DNA from: Phycisphaerae bacterium
GTDB lineage: Bacteria; Planctomycetota; Phycisphaerae; UBA1845; PWPN01
DNA: 64,000 nucleotides
Direction: 5' to 3'
Assembly: GCA_018003015.1 (NCBI GenBank)
Contig: JAGNEZ010000018.1
Span: 10,836 to 74,835 of the forward strand
The notes below the pieces were generated by a model. That model saw only the letters and a list, made by a program, of their open reading frames with translations, made no database searches and was not told the origin of the DNA. Made by a program: the position numbers and the translations under genes. This document shows, in pieces, positions 52,415 through 62,713 of the stretch. Positions within the stretch are counted from its first letter, which is position 1; the number at the start of each line of letters is the position of its first letter.

Positions 52415-53739
52415 TCATCCTGCCTTCCCGTGGATCGGCCCGGGTCTGCGTCACGCGGCGCCGACTTCTGGCCGCCCACCCCGCCAAGCGTGACCTGCTC
52501 GCCGCCCGGCGGAACCGCCAGCGGGCTCGACGAACGCTGCGGCGAACAGCTCTCCAGGGGGATCTGGATGGTGAACACCGTCCCCGCCCCCTCCCGCCTT
52601 TCAGGAACGATCCGACCGTTGTATTTCTCGATGATGTCCTTACAGATCGCGAGCCCCAGGCCCGTACCCTTGCCGGGCTCCTTGGTGGTGAAAAAGGGCT
52701 CAAATATTCTGCCCATCTCTTCAGGCAGCCCGATCCCGGTGTCCTCGAACCGGATGATCACGTGGCGATCGACCGTCCGGGTCGCCACGGTGAGCGTGCC
52801 ACCCTCCGGCATCGCGTCCACTGCGTTCTTGATCATGTTGCAGAAGACCTGAAAGAGGCTCGTGCCGTGAATCGCTGGCAAACCCTCCTCGAGCTGGCAG
52901 ACGATCGACACCCCGCTCTGGATCGCCTTGTCCGACATGACCTTCACCGCTTCCTCAACAATGGTGTTGATGCCCGCATCATTGAAGGCGGTATACGCGC
53001 TTCGGGAAAACTCCACCAGGTCCCGGACAATGTCCGTCATCCGAATCAGACCGCCTCGAGCTCGATCCAGGTAGTCGTTCAGCTTGTCCCCGGCACCGGT
53101 CGCCGCCGCCCGCTTCACCAGATTCAGATAACGCATGATCCCGTCCAGGGGATTGTTCAACTCGTGAGCCACCCGAGCCGCCAGCTTGCCCACGGCGGCC
53201 ATCCGCTCCGAAACCGCCAGCCGCTTCTCCATGCTCACCGCCGCCGTCACATCCTCAATCACCAGCGTGCCGCCGGTGATCGGCACGTCACCACCCTCAG
53301 TCAGCGGAATAAACTGCAGGTTCAGGAGCATCTCGCCAGACGCCCCACTCCGCCGACTGTGGCATACCACCTGGTCGAACCGCCGCTGCCGCCCCGCGTC
53401 AATCACTTCACGCAGAACCCGAGTCCAGTCCTGATACGAAGCATCCACCGTCCCGTCCGTCAACGCCGTACTGATCGACTCGTGACCTTCAACCAGAAAC
53501 GCAGCCGCCGGATTGTGCCAGACAATCCGAAGCTGAGGATCGAAGACCACCAGCCCCAACGATAAGGACTGAAACACGCGACGACTGATGTCCGTAAAGA
53601 CGTCCGCCGACAAGAGCCGGACGTCCTTGACTGACCGGTCAGAAGACAACGAGTCGCCCATGTCCCACCCGTGATGCCTCAGTGCATCATTGAGAACAGA
53701 CCACAGACATCCTATCCGTCTATCGTCACAAAAACACAT
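52411..53739 (-). CDS. soluble PAS sensor histidine kinase
   Basis: PAS is LGLVVFDPQLRIVWHNPAA. H-box is ERMAAVGKLAARVAHELNNPLDGI. HATPase includes NMIKNAVDAM, DTGIGLP and GTGLGLAICK. No TM segment. ATGA overlap with the NtrC-family gene. Confidence 0.9.
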   Translation of the reverse strand: MCFCDDRRIGCLWSVLNDALRHHGWDMGDSLSSDRSVKDVRLLSADVFTDISRRVFQSLSLGLVVFDPQLRIVWHNPAAAFLVEGHESISTALTDGTVDASYQDWTRVLREVIDAGRQRRFDQVVCHSRRSGASGEMLLNLQFIPLTEGGDVPITGGTLVIEDVTAAVSMEKRLAVSERMAAVGKLAARVAHELNNPLDGIMRYLNLVKRAAATGAGDKLNDYLDRARGGLIRMTDIVRDLVEFSRSAYTAFNDAGINTIVEEAVKVMSDKAIQSGVSIVCQLEEGLPAIHGTSLFQVFCNMIKNAVDAMPEGGTLTVATRTVDRHVIIRFEDTGIGLPEEMGRIFEPFFTTKEPGKGTGLGLAICKDIIEKYNGRIVPERREGAGTVFTIQIPLESCSPQRSSSPLAVPPGGEQVTLGGVGGQKSAPRDADPGRSTGRQDE

Positions 53740-53808
53740 CCATGTTGACTCCCGTCAACACGGATGTGGCGAAAACCGCACGCAATCAAGCCGATCGACG
53801 CTAATCCG

Positions 53809-54450
53809 TCACCTAGTCCGCGCGGACAGCGGAATGACAAACTTCCGGTGGCTCACCTGAACGCGGGTGATAACCTGCACCCCAGGGGCGTAGGCGAGCT
53901 CCACATAGCTGGGACACAGCAGCGGATAGTACAACCCGGCTGCGAAAGACGCCTCCAGGCAACCCTGACCCGCACGACCGCGGATCTGGCGGATAGGAAT
54001 GGGCCAGGATGCATCCACACTCTCCCCTACGTGGGCCACAATGCCAACAACGATGCCCTTGGAGAAGTCGACAGCGGGAGGCGCGGCCGGAAGATCCAAA
54101 CGCCGGCGAACCTCCTCCCAATCGCGACTCGTACGAATGGTCAGCAGCGAGAACTCCGGGGACAGTTCTTGAACAAGCCGCGCTGGCAGGGGCCGGTCGT
54201 AACTGAGCCGGGCCCGTCCCAGCGAAAGGTGCTCGACCGGCGGAGCATGGACCAGTTCCCAGGTGGGTATCAGCTCCGGACCCGACGGGGCACTCGTGCA
54301 GCCCCAACTACAACCGGCAGTCAGCAGTGCCGCCAAAGCCAGATGGAGACGAGCGTTGCGACCAACGAATACCCGGCAGGACGCGTCGACGCCATTCGGC
54401 CGTCGGTTGTGGCTTTCCCGCGTGCAGGCTATAGTAACGGCCGATTTCAT
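53809..54450 (-). CDS. hypothetical lipoprotein upstream of the kinase
   Basis: Start set at MKSAV (54450). Lipobox is LLTAGCS. 213 aa that look beta-rich. No family recognised. Lies 69 nt upstream of the kinase ORF on the same strand. Confidence 0.55.
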   Translation of the reverse strand: MKSAVTIACTRESHNRRPNGVDASCRVFVGRNARLHLALAALLTAGCSWGCTSAPSGPELIPTWELVHAPPVEHLSLGRARLSYDRPLPARLVQELSPEFSLLTIRTSRDWEEVRRRLDLPAAPPAVDFSKGIVVGIVAHVGESVDASWPIPIRQIRGRAGQGCLEASFAAGLYYPLLCPSYVELAYAPGVQVITRVQVSHRKFVIPLSARTR

Positions 54451-54510
54451 GCGCGTTGGCATTGTCGTCGCCCGCCAGGTACGAATCAACGCGGAAAGGA
54501 GTTCTGGGTC

Positions 54511-54786
54511 GTGATCATCGGCGTCCCTCGGGAGCCCAAACCGGACGTCCTGCATTACTGCGTCACGAACATGCCGGGAGCGGTCGGCCGAACCAGCACC
54601 TCCGCCTCGGGCAACGCTTCGCCGCCGTATGCCCTGCGACCGGCCGATCTCGCCTACAGGAAGGCCGCCGCCGATCCAGAGCTCGCCGCCGGCATCAACG
54701 TCCAGGACGGCGAAGTGACTCACCCAGCCGTGGCTGAGGCATTCGGTATGACCTGCCACCCGGCAAAACTGACCGGAACAGGATGA
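54511..54786 (+). pseudogene. ald: alanine dehydrogenase remnant with a large internal deletion
   Basis: GTG start with GGAAAGGAG upstream. VIIGVPREPKP (Ald N-terminus, compare MIIGVPKEIK) is joined directly to DVLHYCVTNMPGAVGRTSTSASGNASPPYALRPADL...GINVQDGEVTHPAVAEAFGM (Ald C-terminal ~80 aa). About 280 central residues are missing. Confidence 0.7.
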
Positions 54787-54830
54787 CCATCGAGCCCGGA
54801 ACCGTCCCGGGCCTTTGAAAGCTCCAGCAC

Positions 54831-56276
54831 ATGAAGAAGCTCATCTTTGCGATCGTTGTCGCCGCCGCACTGGTGGCTGGCTACTACGCCCTCCAGCACG
54901 CCCGGGTGTCAATCGGCTTCCTCGAAGGAAAGACGGCCGAAAGCCATCGCGGCGACCTGGTCGTGCCCATCACCGCCAGCGGCAAGATCGAGCCGGCCAA
55001 GGTCGTCCAAATCAAGGGCGAGGCCAGCGGCGAAGTGATCGAGACGCCTTTCAAGGACGGCGCCATGGTCAAAAAAGGCGACGTCATTCTGAAGCTCGAC
55101 CCCCAGGATGAAGAACGCAACGTCTTCCGTGCCCAGTCAGAGTACAACCGGGCCAAGATCGCCGTCGACAAGGCGGAACTGGCAGCCCGCGAACGCGAGG
55201 CGGTCGGCGTGCCCCTGGCCGAGGCTAAACTGGTCCAGGCCAAGGCCCAGGAGGCCCTGGCCCTGAACGAGTTCAAAAACCAGGAGAAACTCCGCCAGCT
55301 GAGCGGCGCGGGAGCAGGCTTCGACGCCGCATCACCTCGTGAGTACGACGACGCCAAGGCCCGCTGGGAAGTGCAGAAGGCGGCCGTGCGCGCTGCTGAG
55401 TCCGAAGTCGACCAGGCCAAGATCGGACTCGACAACGCCAGGCTCGAGATCAGAGCCGCCAGGGAAGCCATGGACACCGCCAAAAAAGCCCTCGAGGATT
55501 CCGAAGAACGCCTCCGGGAAACCACCGTCCTGTCACCCATCGACGGCATGGTCCTCACACGCCATGTCCAGATCGGCGAAGTCGTCCAGAGCGGCAAAAC
55601 GTCGCTCACCGGCGGCACCGTGCTCATGGAACTCGCCGACGTCGACGAAATCTACGCCGTGGTCAACGTCGACGAGGCCGACATCGGCCAGGTCCGCGAG
55701 CTGGCCCCCGCCTCCGCACGACCGGGCCCCATGAGCACCCAGACGCCTCCGCCGGCGGGCGACCCATCGACCTCCCGGCCGGACGGCCCCTTGGCCACAC
55801 TGCCCGAAGGCACGATCGAACTCGGCCAGAAGGTCGAGGTCACCGTCGAGACCTTCCGCGACGAGAAATTCTACGGCGTGATCGAACGCATCGCTCCCCA
55901 GTCTCAACTCGTCCAGGCTATCGCCACCTTCAAGGTCCGAATCCGGATCACCAGCGCAAATCGCGACAGACTCATCGGCCTGCTCAACACCCAGGCCGAG
56001 GCCCACTTCAAGGTCAACTCGGTCCGAAACGCCGTGCTGGTCAGCTATGACGCCATCATGAAAGACCCCAATGGCGAGCACTTCGGCGTGTATCTCCAGG
56101 TCACCGACCCCGCAACCGGAAAACCCAAAGCCGAGTTCCGCAAGTGCCGCTTCGGCATGGACAACGGAATCGACGCCGAGGTCATCGAGGGACTCGAGCC
56201 CGGCGTCAAAGTGTACACCGTGCTGCCGCAACAGACACGCAAGGAAAAGGAAGCCGAGGGCGAGAGCGGCGATTGA
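54831..56276 (+). CDS. efflux transporter periplasmic adaptor (HlyD/MacA/DevB family)
   Basis: N-terminal TM, long coiled-coil hairpin, lipoyl and beta-barrel segments ([20 protein letters not shown]). 481 aa. Confidence 0.85.
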   Translation: MKKLIFAIVVAAALVAGYYALQHARVSIGFLEGKTAESHRGDLVVPITASGKIEPAKVVQIKGEASGEVIETPFKDGAMVKKGDVILKLDPQDEERNVFRAQSEYNRAKIAVDKAELAAREREAVGVPLAEAKLVQAKAQEALALNEFKNQEKLRQLSGAGAGFDAASPREYDDAKARWEVQKAAVRAAESEVDQAKIGLDNARLEIRAAREAMDTAKKALEDSEERLRETTVLSPIDGMVLTRHVQIGEVVQSGKTSLTGGTVLMELADVDEIYAVVNVDEADIGQVRELAPASARPGPMSTQTPPPAGDPSTSRPDGPLATLPEGTIELGQKVEVTVETFRDEKFYGVIERIAPQSQLVQAIATFKVRIRITSANRDRLIGLLNTQAEAHFKVNSVRNAVLVSYDAIMKDPNGEHFGVYLQVTDPATGKPKAEFRKCRFGMDNGIDAEVIEGLEPGVKVYTVLPQQTRKEKEAEGESGD

Positions 56277-56278
56277 GC

Positions 56279-56992
56279 ATGATCCGCATCGAACAACTCA
56301 CCAAGCACTACCGCATGGGCGACTCCGATGTCCATGCCCTGGCCGGCGTCGACCTCCAAATCGGTAAGGGCGAGTTCGTCAGCCTCACCGGCGCTTCCGG
56401 CAGCGGCAAAAGCACCATGATGCACCTCATCGGCTGCCTCGATCGCCCGACCAGCGGCCACTACTACCTCGATAACCAGCAGGTCGACAGGCTCAGCGAC
56501 CGCAAACTGGCCAGAATCCGAAACACCAGCATCGGCTTCGTCTTCCAGACGTTCAACCTCATCAACCGCACCAGCGCCCTGGACAACGTGGCCGTGCCGC
56601 TCATCTATGCCCGCCAACGCGGGGCCCGGGCAAAGGCCCTCACCGCCCTCGAACGCGTCGGCCTGGCCCACCGCGCCCATCACCGGCCCAACGAACTCTC
56701 CGGCGGCGAACGCCAACGGGTCGCTATCGCCAGAGCCCTGGTCAACAACCCGCCGCTCATCCTGGCCGACGAACCCACCGGCAACCTCGATTCCCATACC
56801 GGCGAGCAGATCCTGGAGCTGTTCCATGAACTGCACCGCCAGGCCGTGACCATCGTCCTGGTCACCCACGAGATGGCCATCGCCGCTCGTGCCCAGCGCG
56901 TGGTGCGAATGATGGACGGCAAAATCGTTGAAGACCGCAAAGTGGACGACGCTTACCGCAAGGAGCTGCTCGCCCTGCGCATCCAGGCGTGA
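56279..56992 (+). CDS. ABC transporter ATP-binding protein (MacB/LolD/DevA-like)
   Basis: Walker A is [18 protein letters not shown] is present. Signature is [15 protein letters not shown]. Walker B is [11 protein letters not shown]. Confidence 0.93.
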   Translation: MIRIEQLTKHYRMGDSDVHALAGVDLQIGKGEFVSLTGASGSGKSTMMHLIGCLDRPTSGHYYLDNQQVDRLSDRKLARIRNTSIGFVFQTFNLINRTSALDNVAVPLIYARQRGARAKALTALERVGLAHRAHHRPNELSGGERQRVAIARALVNNPPLILADEPTGNLDSHTGEQILELFHELHRQAVTIVLVTHEMAIAARAQRVVRMMDGKIVEDRKVDDAYRKELLALRIQA

Positions 56993-58233
56993 ACGAAAGG
57001 GTCCGGCCGATGTTCTTCCTCCAGATCTTCATGATGGCCATCCGCGGGTTGCGAGCCAACCTGCTCCGCTCGTTGCTGGCCACCTTGGGTGTCATCATCG
57101 GCGTCGGGGCCGTCATCTCCGCCATGTCCATCCTCGAAGGTTCGCAACGCGATATCGTCCAACGCTTCGAGTCCATGGGCAGCGAGACCATTACCGTCTA
57201 CCCCGCCACCGCCAGGAGCGAGGGCCGATCCATGGGCGTATACCAGACCCTCACCGTCGAGGACGCCGATGCCCTCGGCGACAAGTCCAGTTGCCCCAGC
57301 ATCAACGCCGCCGCCGCCGAAATCTCCAGCATGGCCCAGGTCAAGAACCTCAGCCGAAACAAGGAGGCAACCATCCTGGGCACCAGCCAGGCCTATGCCG
57401 ACATGTTCAACTACCGCGTGGTCGAGGGCCGCTTCCTCCTCCGCGAGGACGTCGCCAGCGAACAGAAGGTCGCCGTGCTCGGCCACAAAATCGCCCAGGA
57501 GCTCTTCGGAAACGCGCCGGCCATCAACCGACCCATCAAGATCATGTCCGTGCCTTTCCGAGTCGTCGGCATCATGGAAAAAAAAGGCAACATCGGCTTT
57601 CGTAACGTCGACTCCCAGGTCATGATCCCCGTAACCACCGCTATGAACCGCCTGTTCGGCAGCAAGTACGTGCACGCCATCTCCGTGCAGGCCATCGCTT
57701 CAGACAAGGTGCTCGACGCCACCGCCGAAATCAAACGCGAGCTCCGCCGACGACACAACATCAACATCCGTGGTGGCAAGAAGGACGACTTCCAGATCTT
57801 CAGCCAGGAAGAGGCCCGAAGACAGATCAGCGATGTCACCAAGATCTTCTCCGTCGTACTCTACAGCATCGCGGGAATCAGCCTCTTCGTGGGCGGCATC
57901 GGTATCATGAACATCATGCTGGTCTCCGTCACCGAACGCACCCGCGAGATCGGCGTACGCATGGCCGTTGGCGCCCAACGCTGGGATATCCTCCGCCAGT
58001 TCCTCATCGAGGCCGGCATCATCAGCCTGCTCGGCGGCGCCTTCGGCGTCCTGGTCGGCTACCTGATGACCACCACCCTCGAGAATGTCACCCGAGTCAT
58101 AGAAACCTATACCGCGCCACGCGTCATCGTCTATGCCCTCATCATGGCCATCCTGACAGGCGTCTTCAGCGGCCTCTACCCGGCCTACAAGGCGTCGCGA
58201 CTCGACCCGGTCGAAGCCCTGAGATACGAGTGA
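56989..58233 (+). CDS. ABC transporter permease (FtsX/MacB-type)
   Basis: MacB_PCD-like periplasmic domain between TM1 and TM2, then a C-terminal FtsX fold ([19 protein letters not shown]...[18 protein letters not shown]). GTGA overlap with the ATPase stop; ATG 57010 is an alternative start. Confidence 0.9.
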   Translation: MNERVRPMFFLQIFMMAIRGLRANLLRSLLATLGVIIGVGAVISAMSILEGSQRDIVQRFESMGSETITVYPATARSEGRSMGVYQTLTVEDADALGDKSSCPSINAAAAEISSMAQVKNLSRNKEATILGTSQAYADMFNYRVVEGRFLLREDVASEQKVAVLGHKIAQELFGNAPAINRPIKIMSVPFRVVGIMEKKGNIGFRNVDSQVMIPVTTAMNRLFGSKYVHAISVQAIASDKVLDATAEIKRELRRRHNINIRGGKKDDFQIFSQEEARRQISDVTKIFSVVLYSIAGISLFVGGIGIMNIMLVSVTERTREIGVRMAVGAQRWDILRQFLIEAGIISLLGGAFGVLVGYLMTTTLENVTRVIETYTAPRVIVYALIMAILTGVFSGLYPAYKASRLDPVEALRYE

Positions 58234-58250
58234 AGCCGATCTGAATGCTG

Positions 58251-59156
58251 CTATCCCAGCCCCTTCCCATACACCCGGAACACCCGGTGAATCACCGCCC
58301 CAATCCGCTTGGCGTAGAAACCCACCGGACCAACCCAGGCAATCTCCGCACGCGGATAGCTGAAGTCCTTCATGTCGCGAAAGCACTTCTTCAACAACAC
58401 GTCGCCGATACCTTTGCCGCGGAGCGAGGGATCCGTCCCCATCGGCCCAAACGTGCCGCGGAACATGACCGCATCGTAGGCCGCGAAGGCCACAACCTCC
58501 CCGTCGCGGAGGGCGTGGAACATGGACACCGGGTCGTTGGCCAAGGTCAGGACAGTCTCATCACACCACGGCCGCCAGTGACGGCCGACGAAGGCGTTGA
58601 CGGCCGGCAGACTCGCGGCGTCAGAGCGATGGAAGGCGAAACCCTCCCGTGCCAGCCGCCGCTCGTCGGCAGCCGTATCGAACGTCTGCCCCGCCAGATC
58701 GACGGTCATGTTGACGGTGTACCGCTCCTCCTTGAAACCAAGCCGCTCAAACAGGCAGCAGGCCGGCGTGCGGCGGACCTCGACGCCCGGCCAGAAGTAG
58801 TAAGGGGCACCCAGAGTCGTCAACTCGACGGCTTGCCGGACACGAAAGCGATTCTCCAACTCATCGATCATCGCTTTGGCCAGCCCCCGACCACGGTAGC
58901 CGGGATCGACCGCCAGCAGCTTCAGCCAGCCGTGCCGCCCGTCCTCGGGCACCGTGCGGATCACACTCACCGCCACGGCCGCCAGGCACCCGTCGCGCTC
59001 GACAACCACGGCCAGCGCCGGCTCGAATCGCGGATCGCCAAAGATGTGCCTGCAAAGCAGATCCTCGTTGAACGGGTCCTCCGGAAAACAGGCTTCGCAG
59101 AGACCCTGCAGTCGCGGTAGATGTGCGGGCGTCAAACTGGCGAACGCCAGGGCCAT
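58251..59156 (-). CDS. tandem GNAT-domain N-acetyltransferase
   Basis: LLAVDPGYRGRGLAKAMI and GTDPSLRGKGIGDVLL are two acetyl-CoA binding Q/RxxGxG/A motifs. Start at 59156, 2 nt after the dapB stop. Confidence 0.8.
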   Translation of the reverse strand: MALAFASLTPAHLPRLQGLCEACFPEDPFNEDLLCRHIFGDPRFEPALAVVVERDGCLAAVAVSVIRTVPEDGRHGWLKLLAVDPGYRGRGLAKAMIDELENRFRVRQAVELTTLGAPYYFWPGVEVRRTPACCLFERLGFKEERYTVNMTVDLAGQTFDTAADERRLAREGFAFHRSDAASLPAVNAFVGRHWRPWCDETVLTLANDPVSMFHALRDGEVVAFAAYDAVMFRGTFGPMGTDPSLRGKGIGDVLLKKCFRDMKDFSYPRAEIAWVGPVGFYAKRIGAVIHRVFRVYGKGLG

Positions 59157-59158
59157 GG

Positions 59159-59959
59159 CTACCTCTTCTTCATGCCCAGCACGTCGGCCATGTCGTACCG
59201 GCCGGCGGGTCTGCCCGCCAGCCACGAAGCCGCCCGGAGGGCCCCTTTGGCAAAAGTGTCCCGGCTGTGGGCGCTGTGCTTGAGAACCAGCGTCTCGCCC
59301 AGCGTCCCAAAGTAGACCTCGTGCTCCCCAACCGTATCGCCGACCCGCACGGCGTGCATGCCAATCTGACGCCGCGGACGCTGGCCGGTCTGCCCGCGAC
59401 GGCCGTAGATGACGTCCTTCTCGCTGTCCCGGCCGGTGGCCTCCACGATCGCGTCGCGGAGTGAAACCGCCGTGCCACTGGGGGCATCAGCCTTGAAGCG
59501 GTGGTGGACCTCGACGATCTCGATGTCGTAGTCGTCGCCCAACGCGGCGGCCATCTGGGCCACCAGCTGAAACATGAGGTTCACGCCAACGCTCATGTTG
59601 GTCGCCTTGAGAACCGGAATCGTGGCCGCGGCCTTCTCGATGACCTTGAGCTGCTCGGGAGCATGGCCGGTGGTGCCGATGACGATGCCTCGCTTGCAGG
59701 TCAGGCAGTAGTCCAGCCAATGCATCGTGCCGGCCGGCAGGGTGAAGTCGATGAGCACATCGAACTCGGTCTCGGATCGATCCTGCACCGGCAGCCCGAT
59801 CCCGCCTAGCCCCGCCAGTTCGCCCGCGTCACGGCCGACGTTCGGGTTCCCGGTCTTCTCCAGAACACTGACCACGTCAAACGTCTTGTCGCCCGCGGCC
59901 AGGGCCAGAATCCTCGATCCCATCCTGCCAGCCACACCGGCGATCGCCAGACGAACCAT
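59159..59959 (-). CDS. dapB: 4-hydroxy-tetrahydrodipicolinate reductase
   Basis: MVRLAIAGVAGRMGSRI, VIGTTG, EIVEVHHRFKADAPSGTA and HSAHSRDTFAKGAL. Confidence 0.93.
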   Translation of the reverse strand: MVRLAIAGVAGRMGSRILALAAGDKTFDVVSVLEKTGNPNVGRDAGELAGLGGIGLPVQDRSETEFDVLIDFTLPAGTMHWLDYCLTCKRGIVIGTTGHAPEQLKVIEKAAATIPVLKATNMSVGVNLMFQLVAQMAAALGDDYDIEIVEVHHRFKADAPSGTAVSLRDAIVEATGRDSEKDVIYGRRGQTGQRPRRQIGMHAVRVGDTVGEHEVYFGTLGETLVLKHSAHSRDTFAKGALRAASWLAGRPAGRYDMADVLGMKKR

Positions 59960-60129
59960 CGCGCACTCCTCGTGATAACAGTGATGCAAGCATTATGTCG
60001 CCGCCGGCCATTGGCGTCCATACGGCAACCCTGGCAGCACGCTTGGACTCCTCGCCGAGCAACGGCTACGATGAACGGCATGCATTCACGGAACGATAAC
60101 CGCACAGACGGACGACCAGAGGACATCGG

Positions 60130-61977
60130 GTGACAGAGAACTCGGTATTGCGACAACCACCAGGCGGCGGTCCGGGTAAGACCCCCTGGGGAATCCTCTG
60201 CTGCCTCCTCCTGCTCGGCGCGGCAGTCTTCTGCACCGGCATCCATTGGGGTCTGCCCTCCAGAGCGGCGGATCCGTTCCTCTTTGGCGACCGAACACCC
60301 TGGACCGGTCAGGAAATCATCGCCCTGGCCGGCGGATGGGAGACCGACGGCGGACGCGGCGCGGACGTCGATCCCGATGCCATTCGCGACCGCCGGCAGT
60401 CGATCGTCCTGAACGAGACCGACGCCCAGAGAGCAGCCATCGTACGCCGATACCGCCTGTACAGCTACCAGCCCGACGAGATGGTCACCTTCCGGGCCCT
60501 GGCCTCGATGCGCCCCGGCGAGGGCAAGCTCGATCCCCACCTGTACCAATACGGCGGCCTGTGGGTCTACCCCGTCGGGGCTTGCCTCCAGGCGGCTTCA
60601 CTCGCTGGTTTCGTCACCGTCAAATCCGACGTGACCCACTACCTCGACCACCCCGAGCAGTTCGCCCGCTTCTACGTGGTCACCCGCCTCTATACCGTGT
60701 TCTGGGCCCTGGTCGGGGCGGCCGTCGTCTTCGAATTGGCTCGCCGATTGAGCGGGGGACGCCCCGCCGCGGCCACCCTGGCAACCCTGTGTTACATCTT
60801 CCTGCCGGTGGTCGTGAACACGGCCCATGAAGCCAAGCCCCATCTTCCGGGCGCCGTGCTCATGCTGGCATCCATCCTCGCAGCGATGCAATACGCCGAC
60901 ACCGGCCGGCGGCGCTGGTGGCTCGCCAGCACCGTACTCTGCGGAACCGCCCTCGGCATGGTCCTGACCGCTTGGCCGATCCTCGCGATCCCCCCCCTCA
61001 TGGCCTGGCTTCGGTGGAACAACTGGCGATCCGCCCTCGGCCTCAAGTGGGCCGGGCTGGCAATCACCATCCTCGTGTTCCTCATCACCAACCCCTACGT
61101 GGGCATCAACCTCATCTACGATCGCGAGGTCCTTCGCTCGAATCTCGGCAATACCGCCGCAATGTTCAAGGTGACACTGAGCGGAATGGGCCTCCTCAAC
61201 GCGGCACAACTGGTGCGGGAAGGTGCTTCCACCATCGTGGCCATCGTTGGCTGCATCGCCACGATCGGATTCCTGTGGCGGCACATTCCGGTGAACCAGC
61301 GCAAAAGCGAACCCACTTGCCAACTCCAGAATATGCCCAATCCTGGCGTTGGCTGGCTTCTGGTGGTACCCGCGGCCATCTCCCTGGTCCAGTTCGCCCT
61401 GGCAGCCGAGGATATGCCGGGCGAGTACGGCCGCTTCGCAGTCTTCCCCGACGTGTGCCTCGCCGTCGCGGCCGGCCCTGCGTTCAACCGCCTGGCCAAA
61501 TACCGCACCGCGCGCGGCGCTTTCGCGGCGGCGATGATCCTCGGCGCGGCTCTGCCCGGCGCCGACTACCTGCGCGCCTTCGTCCGAGATTGCAGGGAAA
61601 AAACCTCTCGGTTCGTGGCCGCCGAGGAACTCCAGCGACATCAGCGCGAAGGAGGACGCGTGCTCGGCATGCTCGTCGAACCCGCACCGTACGTCTGCCC
61701 GCCCATGAATGTGTTCTCCTGGAGCATCCGCCTGCTTCCCCCGAAAGAACCGATCGAGAAACCCGTCACCTGTGACGTCTTGATCCGAGCATGGCAAACA
61801 CCAGAATTCCCTGACCCCGGGACCCTACCGCCCGAACGGTTCGCGCGCTATGATGTCCCCGTGCGAGCGTGGCCGTCGGACGCGACCCCCATGAGTTGGG
61901 CAGACAAAACTTTCGAACTGGTCGCACCGCCACAGCGCCCGCCGGAGAACGGAGCAACAAGCTCAAATGTTGATTAG
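60130..61977 (+). CDS. polytopic membrane protein, GT-C/PMT_2-like putative glycosyltransferase
   Basis: GTG start, 615 aa, at least 10 predicted TM helices by eye. Has an extracytoplasmic loop with acidic residues after TM1 and a soluble C-terminal domain. Fold assignment is by architecture only. Confidence 0.45.
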   Translation: MTENSVLRQPPGGGPGKTPWGILCCLLLLGAAVFCTGIHWGLPSRAADPFLFGDRTPWTGQEIIALAGGWETDGGRGADVDPDAIRDRRQSIVLNETDAQRAAIVRRYRLYSYQPDEMVTFRALASMRPGEGKLDPHLYQYGGLWVYPVGACLQAASLAGFVTVKSDVTHYLDHPEQFARFYVVTRLYTVFWALVGAAVVFELARRLSGGRPAAATLATLCYIFLPVVVNTAHEAKPHLPGAVLMLASILAAMQYADTGRRRWWLASTVLCGTALGMVLTAWPILAIPPLMAWLRWNNWRSALGLKWAGLAITILVFLITNPYVGINLIYDREVLRSNLGNTAAMFKVTLSGMGLLNAAQLVREGASTIVAIVGCIATIGFLWRHIPVNQRKSEPTCQLQNMPNPGVGWLLVVPAAISLVQFALAAEDMPGEYGRFAVFPDVCLAVAAGPAFNRLAKYRTARGAFAAAMILGAALPGADYLRAFVRDCREKTSRFVAAEELQRHQREGGRVLGMLVEPAPYVCPPMNVFSWSIRLLPPKEPIEKPVTCDVLIRAWQTPEFPDPGTLPPERFARYDVPVRAWPSDATPMSWADKTFELVAPPQRPPENGATSSNVD

Positions 61978-62704
61978 CTGCGCAGTCAAGCCGCCGACAG
62001 CGACACCGTCACCCGCCAGCCTGGCACCCTACCGAGACGCCGGCTGCGACGCAGTCCATCTGGCCTGGTCCCGCCTTGAACCAAGCGAGATCCTGCCCTG
62101 GCTCCAATCCGCCAACCTGCACCTGTCCGGCGTGGACGTCGGCACTTTCGACGCCGCCGCCAAGGCGGACGTGACGGCGACCATCACGCGAATCCAAACG
62201 CGGATGGAATGGGCCAGAGCCGTGGGCAGCACCAACATCTGCCTGGGCACCGGCGAGCGCCGGGGCCAACCCTGGACGATCCTGTCAGAAGGCATTCAGG
62301 AAATCCTGCCCGCGGCCAACGACCATGGTCTCGATGTCCATGTCTTGAACGCCCGCGATACCACCATCGAGCAGATCGAGGATCTTCGGCGCCTCTTCGC
62401 CGACATCCGGCACCCACGCCTGCGACTCGCCCTCGACATCGGCGCATTCCATGCCTCGGCCGTGAACCCACGCGACGCCCTCGGGGAATTCGCCGACCTC
62501 GTGGGCTGCATTCGCGTCTCCGACCGCATCGGCCAGCGACCCGTCCCTCTCGGCCAAGGCAAGGTGAACCTGCAGCGAATCATCCACCAGGCGGCAAAGT
62601 GCCGCTACCGCGGCTGGTTCGTGCTCGATCCCTGCGAGAACCGCGACAGCGGGACGACCGCCTCCCCCGCCGACGCAGTGGCCTACCTCAGAAAACTGGG
62701 CTAG
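61967..62704 (+). CDS. xylose-isomerase-like TIM-barrel (sugar phosphate isomerase/epimerase family) protein
   Basis: 245 aa. Contains WARAVGSTNICLGTG, HVLNARDT, LALDIGAFHAS, IRVSD and WFVLDP. Overlaps the upstream ORF by 11 nt. Confidence 0.6.
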   Translation: MLISCAVKPPTATPSPASLAPYRDAGCDAVHLAWSRLEPSEILPWLQSANLHLSGVDVGTFDAAAKADVTATITRIQTRMEWARAVGSTNICLGTGERRGQPWTILSEGIQEILPAANDHGLDVHVLNARDTTIEQIEDLRRLFADIRHPRLRLALDIGAFHASAVNPRDALGEFADLVGCIRVSDRIGQRPVPLGQGKVNLQRIIHQAAKCRYRGWFVLDPCENRDSGTTASPADAVAYLRKLG

Positions 62705-62713
62705 TCTGTAACC

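Noticed and set aside
53764-54510. First 249 codons of the 340-aa plus-strand ORF 53764-54786.
   Set aside because: This part is antisense to the lipoprotein gene and lacks motifs. Only the last 91 codons (from GTG 54511) are Ald-like.
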